From a virus (Duplodnaviria; Caudoviricetes), in the IMG/VR virus record IMGVR_UViG_3300023107_000003, positions 1 to 49,804 of that record: 49,804 nt of DNA; one strand, written 5' to 3'. The first letter of the stretch is position 1. Each line of letters starts with the position of its first letter. A model generated the notes under the pieces. The model worked only from the letters and a program-made list of their open reading frames with translations. It had not been told where the DNA came from and searched no databases. Made by a program: the position numbers and the translations under genes. Positions 26,147-35,479 of this stretch are shown in pieces.

Positions 26147-26950
26147 TCAGGGCGCCACAGAGGAGCAAGTAGTCTTGGCGATGATCCGGTCGGAGGCTTC
26201 CGTGTAGTTGCGCTGCAGCACATCGTCGCGCCGCTGGGCAATAAGCCGGTTCCGCTCGGCCACGTGATCGGTTACATCGACGGCCCAGCAGATGCGCACG
26301 TCGGGCTCATCGGGCACGTAACCCGGCGTCACCTCGATGCTGAGCACGCGGCCGTAACTGGTCACGGCGCGCACTTCGTAGCGGTCGGCCGGGTGGTGCA
26401 ACTGCTGATAAGCGGCCCTCTCCCGGTCATCCTCGTGCACCAGCTCCAGGCCCTGCATTCCCTGCAGGGCGGCCGGGCTATCATAGCCGAACAGAGTGGC
26501 CGCGGCGGGGTTGGCGTACAGGATGCGGCCGTTTTGCACCTCGAAACGGGCAATGGGCCCGCGCTGGTCGAGCAGCTGCAGGCGGGAGAGCAGCCGGGCG
26601 CGGGCCTGGTTGGCCGCGTCGACCGTGCTCTGCGGATGCAGCTGGGTAAAGAAGCGGTATTTGCGGAAGGCCTGCACCAGAAACACGACCAGAAACAGCG
26701 CCGCGGCCGCGTCGCGCAGGGTGGTGTCGCGCAGGCCGTTGGTGTAGTGGTTGTAGGTGTCCATGGCGAAGGCCAGACCGTAGCTGCCCACCACCACGGC
26801 CGAGCCGTAAAGCCAGGAGCGTACCTTCTCCAGGTAGTATAGGTCCCGGGCGAAGCGAAACAGCAGCGTGGGAATGCCCAGGGCCAGGACCACGGCGAAG
26901 GCGAAGTTGGTGAGCAAAACAACCCACCAGGGGTAGAAGGGATGAAGCAT
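26147..26950 (-). CDS. Membrane protein (3 TM) with PAS/PAC sensor domain and no output domain
   Basis: PIARFEVQNGRILYANPAAATLFGY...LELVHEDDRE...YEVRAVTSYGRVLSIEV...WAVDVTD carries the classic PAS+PAC signatures. Confidence 0.85.
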   Translation of the reverse strand: MLHPFYPWWVVLLTNFAFAVVLALGIPTLLFRFARDLYYLEKVRSWLYGSAVVVGSYGLAFAMDTYNHYTNGLRDTTLRDAAAALFLVVFLVQAFRKYRFFTQLHPQSTVDAANQARARLLSRLQLLDQRGPIARFEVQNGRILYANPAAATLFGYDSPAALQGMQGLELVHEDDRERAAYQQLHHPADRYEVRAVTSYGRVLSIEVTPGYVPDEPDVRICWAVDVTDHVAERNRLIAQRRDDVLQRNYTEASDRIIAKTTCSSVAP

Positions 26951-27046
26951 GGCGTGCAGGGTGTGGGGCGGTTTAGCAGAGTGCCCTCTGGTAAGGTAGA
27001 GGGAGCGGCTCAGAATGCCGGCGTTAAGCGCGCCGCCGGCGGCGCG

Positions 27047-27805
27047 TTATATGGCCTGAATGATGGCCCGTTGGGCGGCGGTAAGGGCCGAGGCGCAGCG
27101 AATGAATGACTGGTACCGCAGCCCGGTGCTGATGCCCGTGGAGTCCGTGCCGCCGCCGATGCCGAGCGGCAGGGCGACGATAGGGCTATACAATACCACC
27201 TGGCCGAGCTGCGCATTTGCCTGGTCGAAGATTCGCACGATAGCGCCAGATTTCACGCACCACACCCATTGCCAAACGTCTTGCGGCAGGGCAAGGGAAA
27301 TGACTTTATTGTCCCCGTAGGCATAGGATTGCCAAAGGGTGCGCTCCAAGGAGTTCCACCCGCTATCTGAGCCGTAGCGATTACCCCAGAAAAAGCCGTC
27401 GTTGCCCGTACTAGCCCGGTAATAGCGCATGCCCCAGGTGTAGGAGTCGGAGGTGGCTAACTCCGGCGTGGACCCGGCGTGATAAGCTCCGTTCACAATC
27501 ACCCGGGAATTTAGAATAGAGTCGATTCCGTTCATAGCAGCGCCGTAGGCTGACTTTACCGCATCGGCGGCAGGGCCTATCGGGGAATACCAATGACTCG
27601 GGCTAATGCCGGCGCGGGAGTCCAGCCACTGCACAAAATTGTAGTCCGCATGATTGGCCAGGCAGTCCAGGATCTGCTGGCTCTTCTGGGAAGACGAAAT
27701 AGTGCCGCCAGCGGCAACTACGCGGTCCCGGTAGGCTTCGTAGGCAGCGCTGTACTGCTGCGCCATGGCCGTGTAGTAGTTCGTCAAGTAGGTTAGCTTG
27801 CTCAT
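27047..27805 (-). CDS. Putative receptor-binding fibre tip (LamG/concanavalin-like)
   Basis: AYRDRVVAAGG anchor motif; WQWVWCVKSGAIVRIF, PLGIGG and ALTAAQ are LamG-like patterns; visibly lower GC. Confidence 0.55.
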   Translation of the reverse strand: MSKLTYLTNYYTAMAQQYSAAYEAYRDRVVAAGGTISSSQKSQQILDCLANHADYNFVQWLDSRAGISPSHWYSPIGPAADAVKSAYGAAMNGIDSILNSRVIVNGAYHAGSTPELATSDSYTWGMRYYRASTGNDGFFWGNRYGSDSGWNSLERTLWQSYAYGDNKVISLALPQDVWQWVWCVKSGAIVRIFDQANAQLGQVVLYSPIVALPLGIGGGTDSTGISTGLRYQSFIRCASALTAAQRAIIQAI

Positions 27806-28608
27806 TACACGGTCCGCAAAATGATATAGCCACTTAGCCCGGCCGGCGTCTGGGCCACGATGGCCAGCACGTCGCCCACGACGACCGAATACGGCGGCGC
27901 TACGGGCGTGCCGTTAATCAGAGTCGAGGAAGGAGTAGCGTTTGTCTGCAGCTCAATGTTGTACGTGCCGGCCTGGTCGAGGAAAACAATCGGCACTTCG
28001 TAGGTGGTCGACTGGCCGGGCGGGAAATTATAGCAGAGCCGGTTTACCGGCCCTGGGAGCTGAGTCAAGGGCACCTTGCCGGCTGTCAGGTCCGCTTTGG
28101 CGGCCAGGGCGCTGCTGCTGGCCTTGGTGCCGATTGCCGCGCTCAGGGCCTCCGTCGCGGCCTTCACGGCCGCTGTGCTCGGCACGGCGGTGGTGCTGCC
28201 GCTGGCCAGGCTTTGCTCAATGGTAACGGCGGGGCCGCTATCCCCGGCCGGCGCGGTCATGGAGCCGTCGGAGTTGACGGTTACGTTGCCCGTAAGGCCG
28301 GCCCCCATGCTTTTTACCCCGCCCAGCGTGGTCGTGGAAGCCTGCGGCAAGGTGTAGCTGGTGCCGGGGCCGCTACCGCCAGCCTTGGGCAGCAGCCCGG
28401 CATTACTTGTGTCGGAGCCCCAGGCGTGCTCACCCAGGCCGGCAATCAGGACCGTGCGGCCGATGCGCACGGGCACGGGCACGGCGGCGCAGGCGGCCGC
28501 CACGTCGGCGTAGCCTGCCGTTCCAATGGGACGGTAGTACCAGTCGGCTGGGGCAGGGTTAGTGGTTTTGATGCCCTCAGCTAATTCGAGGGAGTTATCA
28601 GTGGCCAT
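27805..28608 (-). CDS. Tail fibre protein
   Basis: YTLPQASTTTLGGVK and KADLTAGKVPLTQLP fibre motifs. Confidence 0.7.
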   Translation of the reverse strand: MATDNSLELAEGIKTTNPAPADWYYRPIGTAGYADVAAACAAVPVPVRIGRTVLIAGLGEHAWGSDTSNAGLLPKAGGSGPGTSYTLPQASTTTLGGVKSMGAGLTGNVTVNSDGSMTAPAGDSGPAVTIEQSLASGSTTAVPSTAAVKAATEALSAAIGTKASSSALAAKADLTAGKVPLTQLPGPVNRLCYNFPPGQSTTYEVPIVFLDQAGTYNIELQTNATPSSTLINGTPVAPPYSVVVGDVLAIVAQTPAGLSGYIILRTV

Positions 28609-28611
28609 GGG

Positions 28612-30555
28612 TTAAGCGATGACTACGTTGTGGCGGTGGTTGCTGGCAAAGGGCACGGCCTGGGTTTTCACCCACAGCGTGCCCGCCACGGCGGTGCCGC
28701 CGGCGTCGGCGACGCTCAGCGCGCTACTGGAGTACTCGCTCGTTACGTCCTTATTGAGCGCGTCCTGGTCGTTGATGCCGACCAGCGTCTTGCCGGCCGG
28801 CAGCCAGAAGGCAAAGATTTTCTCCGTGCTGCCGGTGTTCAGCGTGAAGCCGTTGCCGGCGCTGGCCAGCTGCGTGCCGGGGAGCGCCCGTACCGTGGCC
28901 GTGTTGTTTGGCGCGGCCGCGCAGGCCCCCCAGAAGACCATGTAGCTGCCGTAGAGGTAGAGTACCTGGGACTGCAGGCCGATTTCGGCGGCCTGGGGCG
29001 CGTTGGGATTGCGCACCTGGGCTGGGCGGTCGTCGGGCGTGCCGGCGGGCTGCACGTTCTTGCGCGCGCCGGCGGCGTAGTCGGCTACGGCCCACACCGG
29101 TATCGGGGAGACCGTGCGCACGATGACGGCCGTGCGGGTAATTGGGGAGCTGGTCGCTGCTGCCCCAATCTGGCTGCTGTTGCCTCGGTACAGGCGCATA
29201 GCCGTGGCTGCGCCGGCGTCGCCGGCCACGAAGGCGCCGGTTACAGTGACGATGGCGCCCTCGCCGATTTCGCCCGTTACGGGCGCATCAAAGCTGATGG
29301 CCACGCCGGCCGGCGTGTAGGTCGGGTAGACGCTCTCGATGGCCAGCTCGCGCAGCACGGCGCTTACCTTGCGTGAGGCCAGAATCAGGCTCTTGCCGTT
29401 GGTGAGGGTACCCAGCGGGCCGTGGCCGGCGGCGAAGCTGGCCACGATGGGCGGCTCGTCGGCCGAGAAGGTCGGGTCGGTCGGCGTGGCAACGCTGCTG
29501 CCGGCGCCGAAGGTGTACTCGCTGATCCAAGCCGTGCCGTCGTAGCGCCACAGGATTACCTGGTAGTTTTTTGCCACTACTTCCATCTCGTCGCCACCGC
29601 CACCGCTGCCGCTGAGCGAGCCGTCGCCGCTGTCGGTGTCGGTGCCGACGAGGGTTTTCTGCAGCCACAGGGCATTTATCTTGGGGTTGAGCACACGCCC
29701 GGCCGGGGCCAGCGTGGAGTAGGTCAGCCCGGCGCCGTCGCCGCCGAAGGTGCCGCGCGGCACCCAGCGGGCCTTTACCTTTTCGAGCACCTGCTGGGTG
29801 GTGTGGTCGAAGGCCGTGTCGCCGGGCAGGCCGTCTTCCTCGTTGGGACTGCGGTTGGTGAAGTGCAGCACGCTGCTGCCTTTCGGGCCCTGGATACCGG
29901 GCTTGCCGATGCCCTCGGGGCCCTGGTCGCCTTTGTCGCCCTGGTCCCCCTTATCGCCCTTATCGCCTTTGCCGCCACGCATGGAGCCCAGCAGCACCCA
30001 GCTCAGCGAGCCGGTCTTGAGGTAGATGTCGCCCAGCGTTTGCGTGTCGATGGCCATGTCGCCGAGCAGGCCGGTGGTGGTGAGCGGCTTGCCCACGGTG
30101 GCCATGATCGTGGCGCCGCGGGCGCCGGTGTTGCCGATGCCTCCCTGGTCGCCCTTATCGCCTTTGTCGCCTTTGTCGCCCTTGCCTCCTTTGGGGCCGG
30201 CTACGGTGGAGGCGGGGCCCTGGGGCCCCTCGGGGCCGATCAGGGAGAGGATTTTACGCCAGTTGTTGGGCCCCGCATCCAGGTCGGCCAGCTGGAGCAC
30301 GTTGGGCAGGCGGCGCCACAGCCACCCGGTGGCCGTGTTGAGGTGAAAGTCGTAGTCCGCCCCCTGGTGGGCCAGCGGGTCGCTCGCGGAGGAAGTCCAG
30401 GCTACCGGCGCGTCGAGGAATAGCTCCTCGATCAGCAGGGTCTGAAAGTCGCGCACGTCGGCGGCGCGGGTCAGGCCGCCGACGCCGTCGCTGCGGATCA
30501 GCAAGGGCAGGCGGGCCAGCAGCGCGTCGCGCCGCTGTTGTTGCTCTGGGGTCAT
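28612..30555 (-). CDS. Collagen-like tail fibre protein
   Basis: Two Gly-X-Y tracts (GDKGDKGDQG) separated by GDxxxD...GDIY-type knob repeats. Confidence 0.8.
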   Translation of the reverse strand: MTPEQQQRRDALLARLPLLIRSDGVGGLTRAADVRDFQTLLIEELFLDAPVAWTSSASDPLAHQGADYDFHLNTATGWLWRRLPNVLQLADLDAGPNNWRKILSLIGPEGPQGPASTVAGPKGGKGDKGDKGDKGDQGGIGNTGARGATIMATVGKPLTTTGLLGDMAIDTQTLGDIYLKTGSLSWVLLGSMRGGKGDKGDKGDQGDKGDQGPEGIGKPGIQGPKGSSVLHFTNRSPNEEDGLPGDTAFDHTTQQVLEKVKARWVPRGTFGGDGAGLTYSTLAPAGRVLNPKINALWLQKTLVGTDTDSGDGSLSGSGGGGDEMEVVAKNYQVILWRYDGTAWISEYTFGAGSSVATPTDPTFSADEPPIVASFAAGHGPLGTLTNGKSLILASRKVSAVLRELAIESVYPTYTPAGVAISFDAPVTGEIGEGAIVTVTGAFVAGDAGAATAMRLYRGNSSQIGAAATSSPITRTAVIVRTVSPIPVWAVADYAAGARKNVQPAGTPDDRPAQVRNPNAPQAAEIGLQSQVLYLYGSYMVFWGACAAAPNNTATVRALPGTQLASAGNGFTLNTGSTEKIFAFWLPAGKTLVGINDQDALNKDVTSEYSSSALSVADAGGTAVAGTLWVKTQAVPFASNHRHNVVIA

Positions 30556-30869
30556 TAGGCAAAGTCTTCCCCGACCGCGCTGTCACGCGGGTCGAAGTCC
30601 AGGGCGTTGTCGGTGGGGCCGCCCTCGCCGTCCTGCTCGCAGCAGTCGGCGTAGTGGAGGCAGCCGTTGATAATGCTGTACCGGTCCGCGTCGGGGGCCG
30701 TGATGAGCAGCTCGCCGCGGGCGGTAACGGTGATGAAGGTATCCTTCTGGCCCAGGCGCAGCGTGACCAGCAGGTCGCCCTGCCGGCCGGCGGTGCCGTC
30801 GATGCGCTGGGGCCCGCCCGTGGCGGGCAGGATGGTGCATTTAAGCACCTGGGGGTGGATGGTGTCCAT
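30555..30869 (-). CDS. Hypothetical virion protein, 104 aa
   Basis: Stop overlaps the start of the fibre gene. Confidence 0.55.
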   Translation of the reverse strand: MDTIHPQVLKCTILPATGGPQRIDGTAGRQGDLLVTLRLGQKDTFITVTARGELLITAPDADRYSIINGCLHYADCCEQDGEGGPTDNALDFDPRDSAVGEDFA

Positions 30870-30902
30870 GGGGTGGGGAGAGAAAGGTACGCCGGACGGC
30901 TC

Positions 30903-31049
30903 CTAGCAGCAGCAGGGCTTCTCCACGGCGACGGCCACGAGCAGCGTGCCGTCGCCGAGTACCTGCACCGTGCTCTGGGTGGGCAGCGGCTGGTCGGGGT
31001 GGAAGGCACGCGGCGGCTTCTGGGCGGGGGTGATGGTCGTTTCGGGCAT
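30903..31049 (-). CDS. Small protein, 48 aa, ending in CCC
   Basis: MPETTITPAQ...VEKPCCC*, starts 4 nt after the baseplate J stop; translated by hand. Confidence 0.45.
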   Translation of the reverse strand: MPETTITPAQKPPRAFHPDQPLPTQSTVQVLGDGTLLVAVAVEKPCCC

Positions 31050-31053
31050 GGGG

Positions 31054-32262
31054 TTAGCTGGTCAGGGTGGGCAAAACGGACTGCAGCTCGCTGAAGTCCG
31101 CCGTCGGGCCGGGGTAGAAGTAGGGCACCAGCTGCTCGGCGGCATCGACGAGCAGCTGGCCATTGAGGTCGAGCAGGGCGAAGCCGCGCAGGATCGGCAG
31201 CCGGTTGCGCGGGACCGGCGCGTCGCGGCGGGGGTAGAAGTGCTGATCCGGGATGTAGCGCATGCCCGGCGTGCTCTTGGCCGCCTGCAGCAGATCGTCC
31301 CACTCCACGCGCTGGCCCTGTTGCCAGTAGCGGTAGTCGAGCAGGGCCTGCAGGCGGGCGGCCAGCTCGGCGCGCACCCGGTCCGGATCGGCGCCCGGGT
31401 GCAGCTCGGCGCGCAGGCTCACGTCCACGGGCCAGAAATCGATGTTGCGCAGGCGCAGGCCCACGCCGCCCAGCCCGTCCGGGCGCAGCTCCGTGTAGGT
31501 CAAAAAGGGCGTCACGGCTTGCAGCAGCCGGCCCAGCTCCAGCGCGGTGAAGGAGGCCCCGTTCTGGCTGAGCACGGCCATGGTCGTCTGGCCCGTGCGG
31601 TCGCTACCCAGGTGCACCAAGCGCAGCACGTTGGGGTTTTGCAGCATCATGACCTGCTCCAGCTTCTGCAGCGTGCCCCGGGCGTACAGGCCCAGAGCGC
31701 CTTTAATGCGGGCGCGGAAGGAGTCGTCCTCTTCCGCGTCGCGGCCGCCGGCGGCGGGCAGCTCGTTGATGCAGAACTGGTGGCCGGCCGGCGCCTGGCT
31801 GATGCGCGTGAGCGTCAGCCCGCCCACGTTGGTTTGGCTGCCGGCCTCCAGGGCCCGCACGCGGCCGTAGTTGAAGCCGTAGGCGCCGATGCGGACCGTG
31901 TCCTGCAGCTCGAAAACCTTGCCGTGGGGGCCGGTGAACGTCAGGCCGGCCAGGTAGGTTGTGCCCACCTCGGCCACCAGGCGCACGGCCGTGGTGGCCG
32001 GCAGGGACCCGAGGCGGCCGCCGGGCAGCGAGTAGAGCGGCGCGGCCTGGTCGAGGGCCGGGCCGGTGGCCTCGTCGATGAACAGGTAGGCCTCCTGGCG
32101 CGCCGCTTCCACCAGGGACTTCTGGGCGAGCTTGGCCGTACCGCGGGCCATGGCCATGACGACGGAGCCCTCGGTACCCTTGGTGACCTTGGTCTGGGAA
32201 TTAAAGAATATTTCCAGCCAGAGTTGGGCGAGTGTTGGTTCGCTGGTTAGTTTGGTAAGCAT
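31054..32262 (-). CDS. Baseplate J / gp47-like wedge protein
   Basis: ATGPALD, A.EAGSQTNV and AAGGRDAEEDDSFRARI motifs. Confidence 0.9.
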   Translation of the reverse strand: MLTKLTSEPTLAQLWLEIFFNSQTKVTKGTEGSVVMAMARGTAKLAQKSLVEAARQEAYLFIDEATGPALDQAAPLYSLPGGRLGSLPATTAVRLVAEVGTTYLAGLTFTGPHGKVFELQDTVRIGAYGFNYGRVRALEAGSQTNVGGLTLTRISQAPAGHQFCINELPAAGGRDAEEDDSFRARIKGALGLYARGTLQKLEQVMMLQNPNVLRLVHLGSDRTGQTTMAVLSQNGASFTALELGRLLQAVTPFLTYTELRPDGLGGVGLRLRNIDFWPVDVSLRAELHPGADPDRVRAELAARLQALLDYRYWQQGQRVEWDDLLQAAKSTPGMRYIPDQHFYPRRDAPVPRNRLPILRGFALLDLNGQLLVDAAEQLVPYFYPGPTADFSELQSVLPTLTS

Positions 32263-32266
32263 GACC

Positions 32267-33190
32267 TCAGATGGATTTTAGGGCGTAGTTCCGGTCGGCA
32301 CCCGCGGCGAAGCGCACGCTCAGGTCCAGGTAGAGCAGGTCCCGCTCGGTGCGCACGCCGGTGAGCTGGAAGCTGGTAATCGTGTCGTCGGTGGCCAGCA
32401 GGTCGGCCAGCTGGCGCAGCACCGTGGGCAGGCCCAGCAGGTTCTGGTTGGCCCCGACTAGCAGGTCGTAGCGCGGGCCCAGCCAGGGCGCCCAGGGCAG
32501 CGAGCCGCGGCGGATGCCTCCGAGCAGCACCTCCAGGGTCTGGTCGGCCGTTTCGTCGGGCGTGAGGCAGAGCAGGTCCTGGCTCTCGGCATCGAGCGTG
32601 AGCCCGCGGGCCAGGTCCGTGCCCAGGGCAAGCAGACCATTCTGGGGACCGAGCACGGCCAGGATCCGGCCGGCTGCGGCCCCGCCCGGGCGCAGCACCC
32701 CGAGCGAGAGCTGAGTGCCGCCGGCGGGCGAGTAGTCCTCCTCGCCCAGATCATTGGCCAGCGCCAGCTGCGCCCAGGCCTGGCCCGGGTCGGCCTGGCC
32801 GGCCAGCGCGGCTACTTGCTCCAGGGTCTGGTGGCGGCTGGTGGTGTAGGTCGGGGCCGCCGTCGACTCAGGCAGGCGCAGGTAGCGCGGCAGCTGCTCC
32901 AGGCTGGTCAGGCTGCGCACCAGGTCTTCGAGCAGCTCCAGCAATTCCCAGCCCGGCAGCTGGGGCACGTCGAGCGCCGGCAGGCGGGCAATGGTGGTGG
33001 TGAGCTCCTGCCGCAGGTAGAGCAGGCGCTTGAGCTGCGGCGGGGCGGCCACGCCCCCGCTGCCGGCGCCGGCTTCGAAGGCACGGCGCAGTACCGGGGC
33101 CTGGTCCCGCAGGAAGGCGCCGGTTTTGTCGAGCAGCTGGGTAAGGGGGTATCCGGTTAGGGCTTCGTAGGCTGAAAGGGCATCAATCAC
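32267..33190 (-). CDS. Baseplate protein with LysM-like and gp25-like (wedge/sheath initiator) domains
   Basis: YTTSRHQTLEQVA...WAQLALANDL; C-terminal LLATDDTITSF...LYLDLSV; upstream of baseplate J. Confidence 0.65.
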   Translation of the reverse strand: MIDALSAYEALTGYPLTQLLDKTGAFLRDQAPVLRRAFEAGAGSGGVAAPPQLKRLLYLRQELTTTIARLPALDVPQLPGWELLELLEDLVRSLTSLEQLPRYLRLPESTAAPTYTTSRHQTLEQVAALAGQADPGQAWAQLALANDLGEEDYSPAGGTQLSLGVLRPGGAAAGRILAVLGPQNGLLALGTDLARGLTLDAESQDLLCLTPDETADQTLEVLLGGIRRGSLPWAPWLGPRYDLLVGANQNLLGLPTVLRQLADLLATDDTITSFQLTGVRTERDLLYLDLSVRFAAGADRNYALKSI

Positions 33191-34044
33191 TAAATCAGGC
33201 GGCCAGGATCAATCGAGGCGAGGCGCGGCCGTCCGTCGGGACGGCGCGTAAGCGGGACGCTGAGCACCTGGCTCTGCACCCGCTGGGCAATGTCAGTGGC
33301 GATGCGCTGCGCCGTGGTGGCGCCGCGCTGCACCAGGTCGGCCGTCAGGGCCTGCACGACGGCCGCGCGGCGGCCCAGGCGCCCCTGGATGGCGCTGGCC
33401 GGAGCCAGGGCCCGGAAGGCGAGCTGATAATCCCAGATCATGTTTTTGGCCATGTTCTGGGTAAAGGTGAAGCCGACCTCTTCCACGAGCACGTGGTAGT
33501 TGAAGGCCAGGTTATAGAAGTACAGGTAGTGGGGCTGGCCGTAGCTATCGGGCTGGCGGGCCTGGCGCAGCATGCTCTCCACGAGCTTGCAGGTGCCGTA
33601 GCCGGTGCGGGCGGCATAAGAGAAGGTGCTGACCACCTGCCGGCCGGCCGCGGCGGCATCCTTCACGCCCTGCCAGCTGGCCGTCAGGCCGCCGTCGCGC
33701 ACCAGGGCCGAGTTCAGATCCACGCTGCCGCCGCGCACGAGCAGGCGCAGGCGCCGGCCAAACGAGCCGGAGAGGCTGATTTCCTCCGGGTTGTAGGTGG
33801 GATTGGTCAGCTTGGTGATGCCGGCCTGGCTCTTGGTAATGGTGCTCAGGGGCCGGCCGCTGATGGACATTTGGTCTGGCATGACCGGGAAAAGCAAGTA
33901 CGCCACCTGCTCGCCGCGCGAGTCGCAGAGCTCCAGCGCGCAGGCGTAGTACTCGAACTCGTCGGGGTGCAGGTGGTGCAGGGAGGCCTTCCCCAGCAGC
34001 GAGGTGAGGGAGGCAAGGCGGGCGGCTTCGCTGGTTAAGCTCAT
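33190..34044 (-). CDS. Baseplate / tail-tube initiator-like protein
   Basis: FPVMPDQMSI...ISLSGSFG...LYFYN...FTQ...WDYQLAF tube-fold pattern; context. Confidence 0.6.
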   Translation of the reverse strand: MSLTSEAARLASLTSLLGKASLHHLHPDEFEYYACALELCDSRGEQVAYLLFPVMPDQMSISGRPLSTITKSQAGITKLTNPTYNPEEISLSGSFGRRLRLLVRGGSVDLNSALVRDGGLTASWQGVKDAAAAGRQVVSTFSYAARTGYGTCKLVESMLRQARQPDSYGQPHYLYFYNLAFNYHVLVEEVGFTFTQNMAKNMIWDYQLAFRALAPASAIQGRLGRRAAVVQALTADLVQRGATTAQRIATDIAQRVQSQVLSVPLTRRPDGRPRLASIDPGRLI

Positions 34045-34100
34045 GCCTTCAAGATAGCGCGTTCCCGAAGGGCGCCCACGACCGGCCGGGCTACCTGGTG

Positions 34101-34418
34101 TTAGGGCTGCTCGGGCGCAGGCGCCTCGCCCACCCGCACGAAGGCCTCAAAGGTGCCGTCCTCCAGGTAGTGAATGGCTTTGTGCAGCGCCTCGGCTACG
34201 TTCATGTAGCCATAGTGGGCCTGGGCATGAATCAGGCCCACCAGCGCCTCGCAGAGCACCGGCATCAATGCCTGGGAGGAATACTGCAGGTTGGGATAGT
34301 CGGACTGCTGCATGATGCGCGTGGTGTAGTCCGGGCTGTTTTTATCGTACACCAGCGTGAGCACGATGCGCTCCGGTGGCTCGTGGGTGAGGTCCGGGTT
34401 GTCTGGAGTGTGGGCCAT
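34101..34418 (-). CDS. Hypothetical protein
   Basis: Co-oriented ATG ORF. Confidence 0.55.
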   Translation of the reverse strand: MAHTPDNPDLTHEPPERIVLTLVYDKNSPDYTTRIMQQSDYPNLQYSSQALMPVLCEALVGLIHAQAHYGYMNVAEALHKAIHYLEDGTFEAFVRVGEAPAPEQP

Positions 34419-34435
34419 GGTCTGGGGGCAAAATC

Positions 34436-34675
34436 TTAGGTAAGGGAAAGGGTGATCGGCGCGGTGTTGGTGGCCGGCATGGGACCGGCCGGCAGGGTCA
34501 CGATCAACTGCAGCGCGCCGGCGGGCACGACGAGCTGGCCCTGGGCCGTGTAGGCGTGCACCACCGTGGCCAGCTTCTTGGCCCAGGCCTTGGGGGACGT
34601 TTTCGGGTCCGTTTCGGCCTGCATCTGCTCGACCATGGTCAGCAGGTCGGCTTCGAGCTTCTTAGGATTCAGCAT
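34436..34675 (-). CDS. Small baseplate/spike-associated protein
   Basis: MLNPKKLEADL...WAKKLATVVHAY...VVPAG resembles the small proteins that follow gpV spikes; start 34675. Confidence 0.45.
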   Translation of the reverse strand: MLNPKKLEADLLTMVEQMQAETDPKTSPKAWAKKLATVVHAYTAQGQLVVPAGALQLIVTLPAGPMPATNTAPITLSLT

Positions 34676-34967
34676 CGGCCGGGAAGGAAAGCAGCTGGTT
34701 GTAGGCGTCGAGAATGGGGCGCAGGTGCTCACTGAAAATCTGCTGCAGCAGCAGCACTTCCTGGCGGCTGAACTTGTGGTAGCCCCGCTTCAGGCGCTTG
34801 TTGTGAAACTTGGCCTGAGCCGTTTTGGGCGGCAGGCTCGGGTACATGGCCTGCACGATGGGGCCCAGGTTCACTTGGGGAAGGTGCAGCAGCACCTCGA
34901 CGACCTGTTCTACATCGCGCGGGGCGGGGTCTGTGGGGGGCTGATTCATGGTTCGTGTTGCGGGCAT
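34662..34967 (-). CDS. Putative HTH DNA-binding protein
   Basis: VNLGPIVQAMYP...AQAKFHNKR...KFSRQEV.LLQQIF pattern. Confidence 0.5.
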   Translation of the reverse strand: MPATRTMNQPPTDPAPRDVEQVVEVLLHLPQVNLGPIVQAMYPSLPPKTAQAKFHNKRLKRGYHKFSRQEVLLLQQIFSEHLRPILDAYNQLLSFPADAES

Positions 34968-34986
34968 GGTTAGGAAAGGGGGGACG

Positions 34987-35034
34987 AAAAAAAGCCCGGT
35001 CCGGTACTGCTGACGCAGTGCCGGACCGGGCTTT
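34987..35034 (-). terminator. Intrinsic terminator closing the accessory island operon
   Basis: agcccggtccggcactgc...gcagtaccggaccgggc followed by T7 on the minus strand. Confidence 0.85.
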
Positions 35035-35470
35035 ACAAAATATCGGGGTCGGGGAAAAGGCGTTTTTCGTCCGCGCTGCAGGCCTTGGCCAGCAGCAGGG
35101 AGAGCGGTACGCCCAGCATTTGGCCGTTGGTGCGCTCGTTCAGGATCCGGGCCACGGCCTGGCCGCCGCGCACTTCCCAGGCCTCGATGTGATACGGGTA
35201 GAGCTCCTGGTGGCCACGGCCCGGGCGCAGGCCGCGGATCCAGAGTTGCTGCTGACCCTGCTCGGGCAGCAGCTGCCGGGCCAGGCTGAGCTGGGCCTGA
35301 GCGGCGAGCTCAGCGACCTGGGAAAGGTGCGCGGCCAGCGTTACGCGCAGTCCGGCCGAGGCATCGGGCGAGTGGCGCAGCTGGCGGGCGACGACGAGCA
35401 CGTCGAGGCCGGCATCGGTGAGCGGCTCCAGCGCGAGGCGCGGGTCGCAGTAAGTAGTGGCGTCAGGCAT
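35033..35470 (-). CDS. Hypothetical protein
   Basis: ATG ORF ending at the terminator. Confidence 0.55.
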   Translation of the reverse strand: MPDATTYCDPRLALEPLTDAGLDVLVVARQLRHSPDASAGLRVTLAAHLSQVAELAAQAQLSLARQLLPEQGQQQLWIRGLRPGRGHQELYPYHIEAWEVRGGQAVARILNERTNGQMLGVPLSLLLAKACSADEKRLFPDPDIL

Positions 35471-35479
35471 AACGCGGGC

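Noticed and set aside
27047-30555. Diversity-generating retroelement or invertible fibre cassette
   Set aside because: No reverse transcriptase, invertase or TR/VR repeat pair is visible in the window
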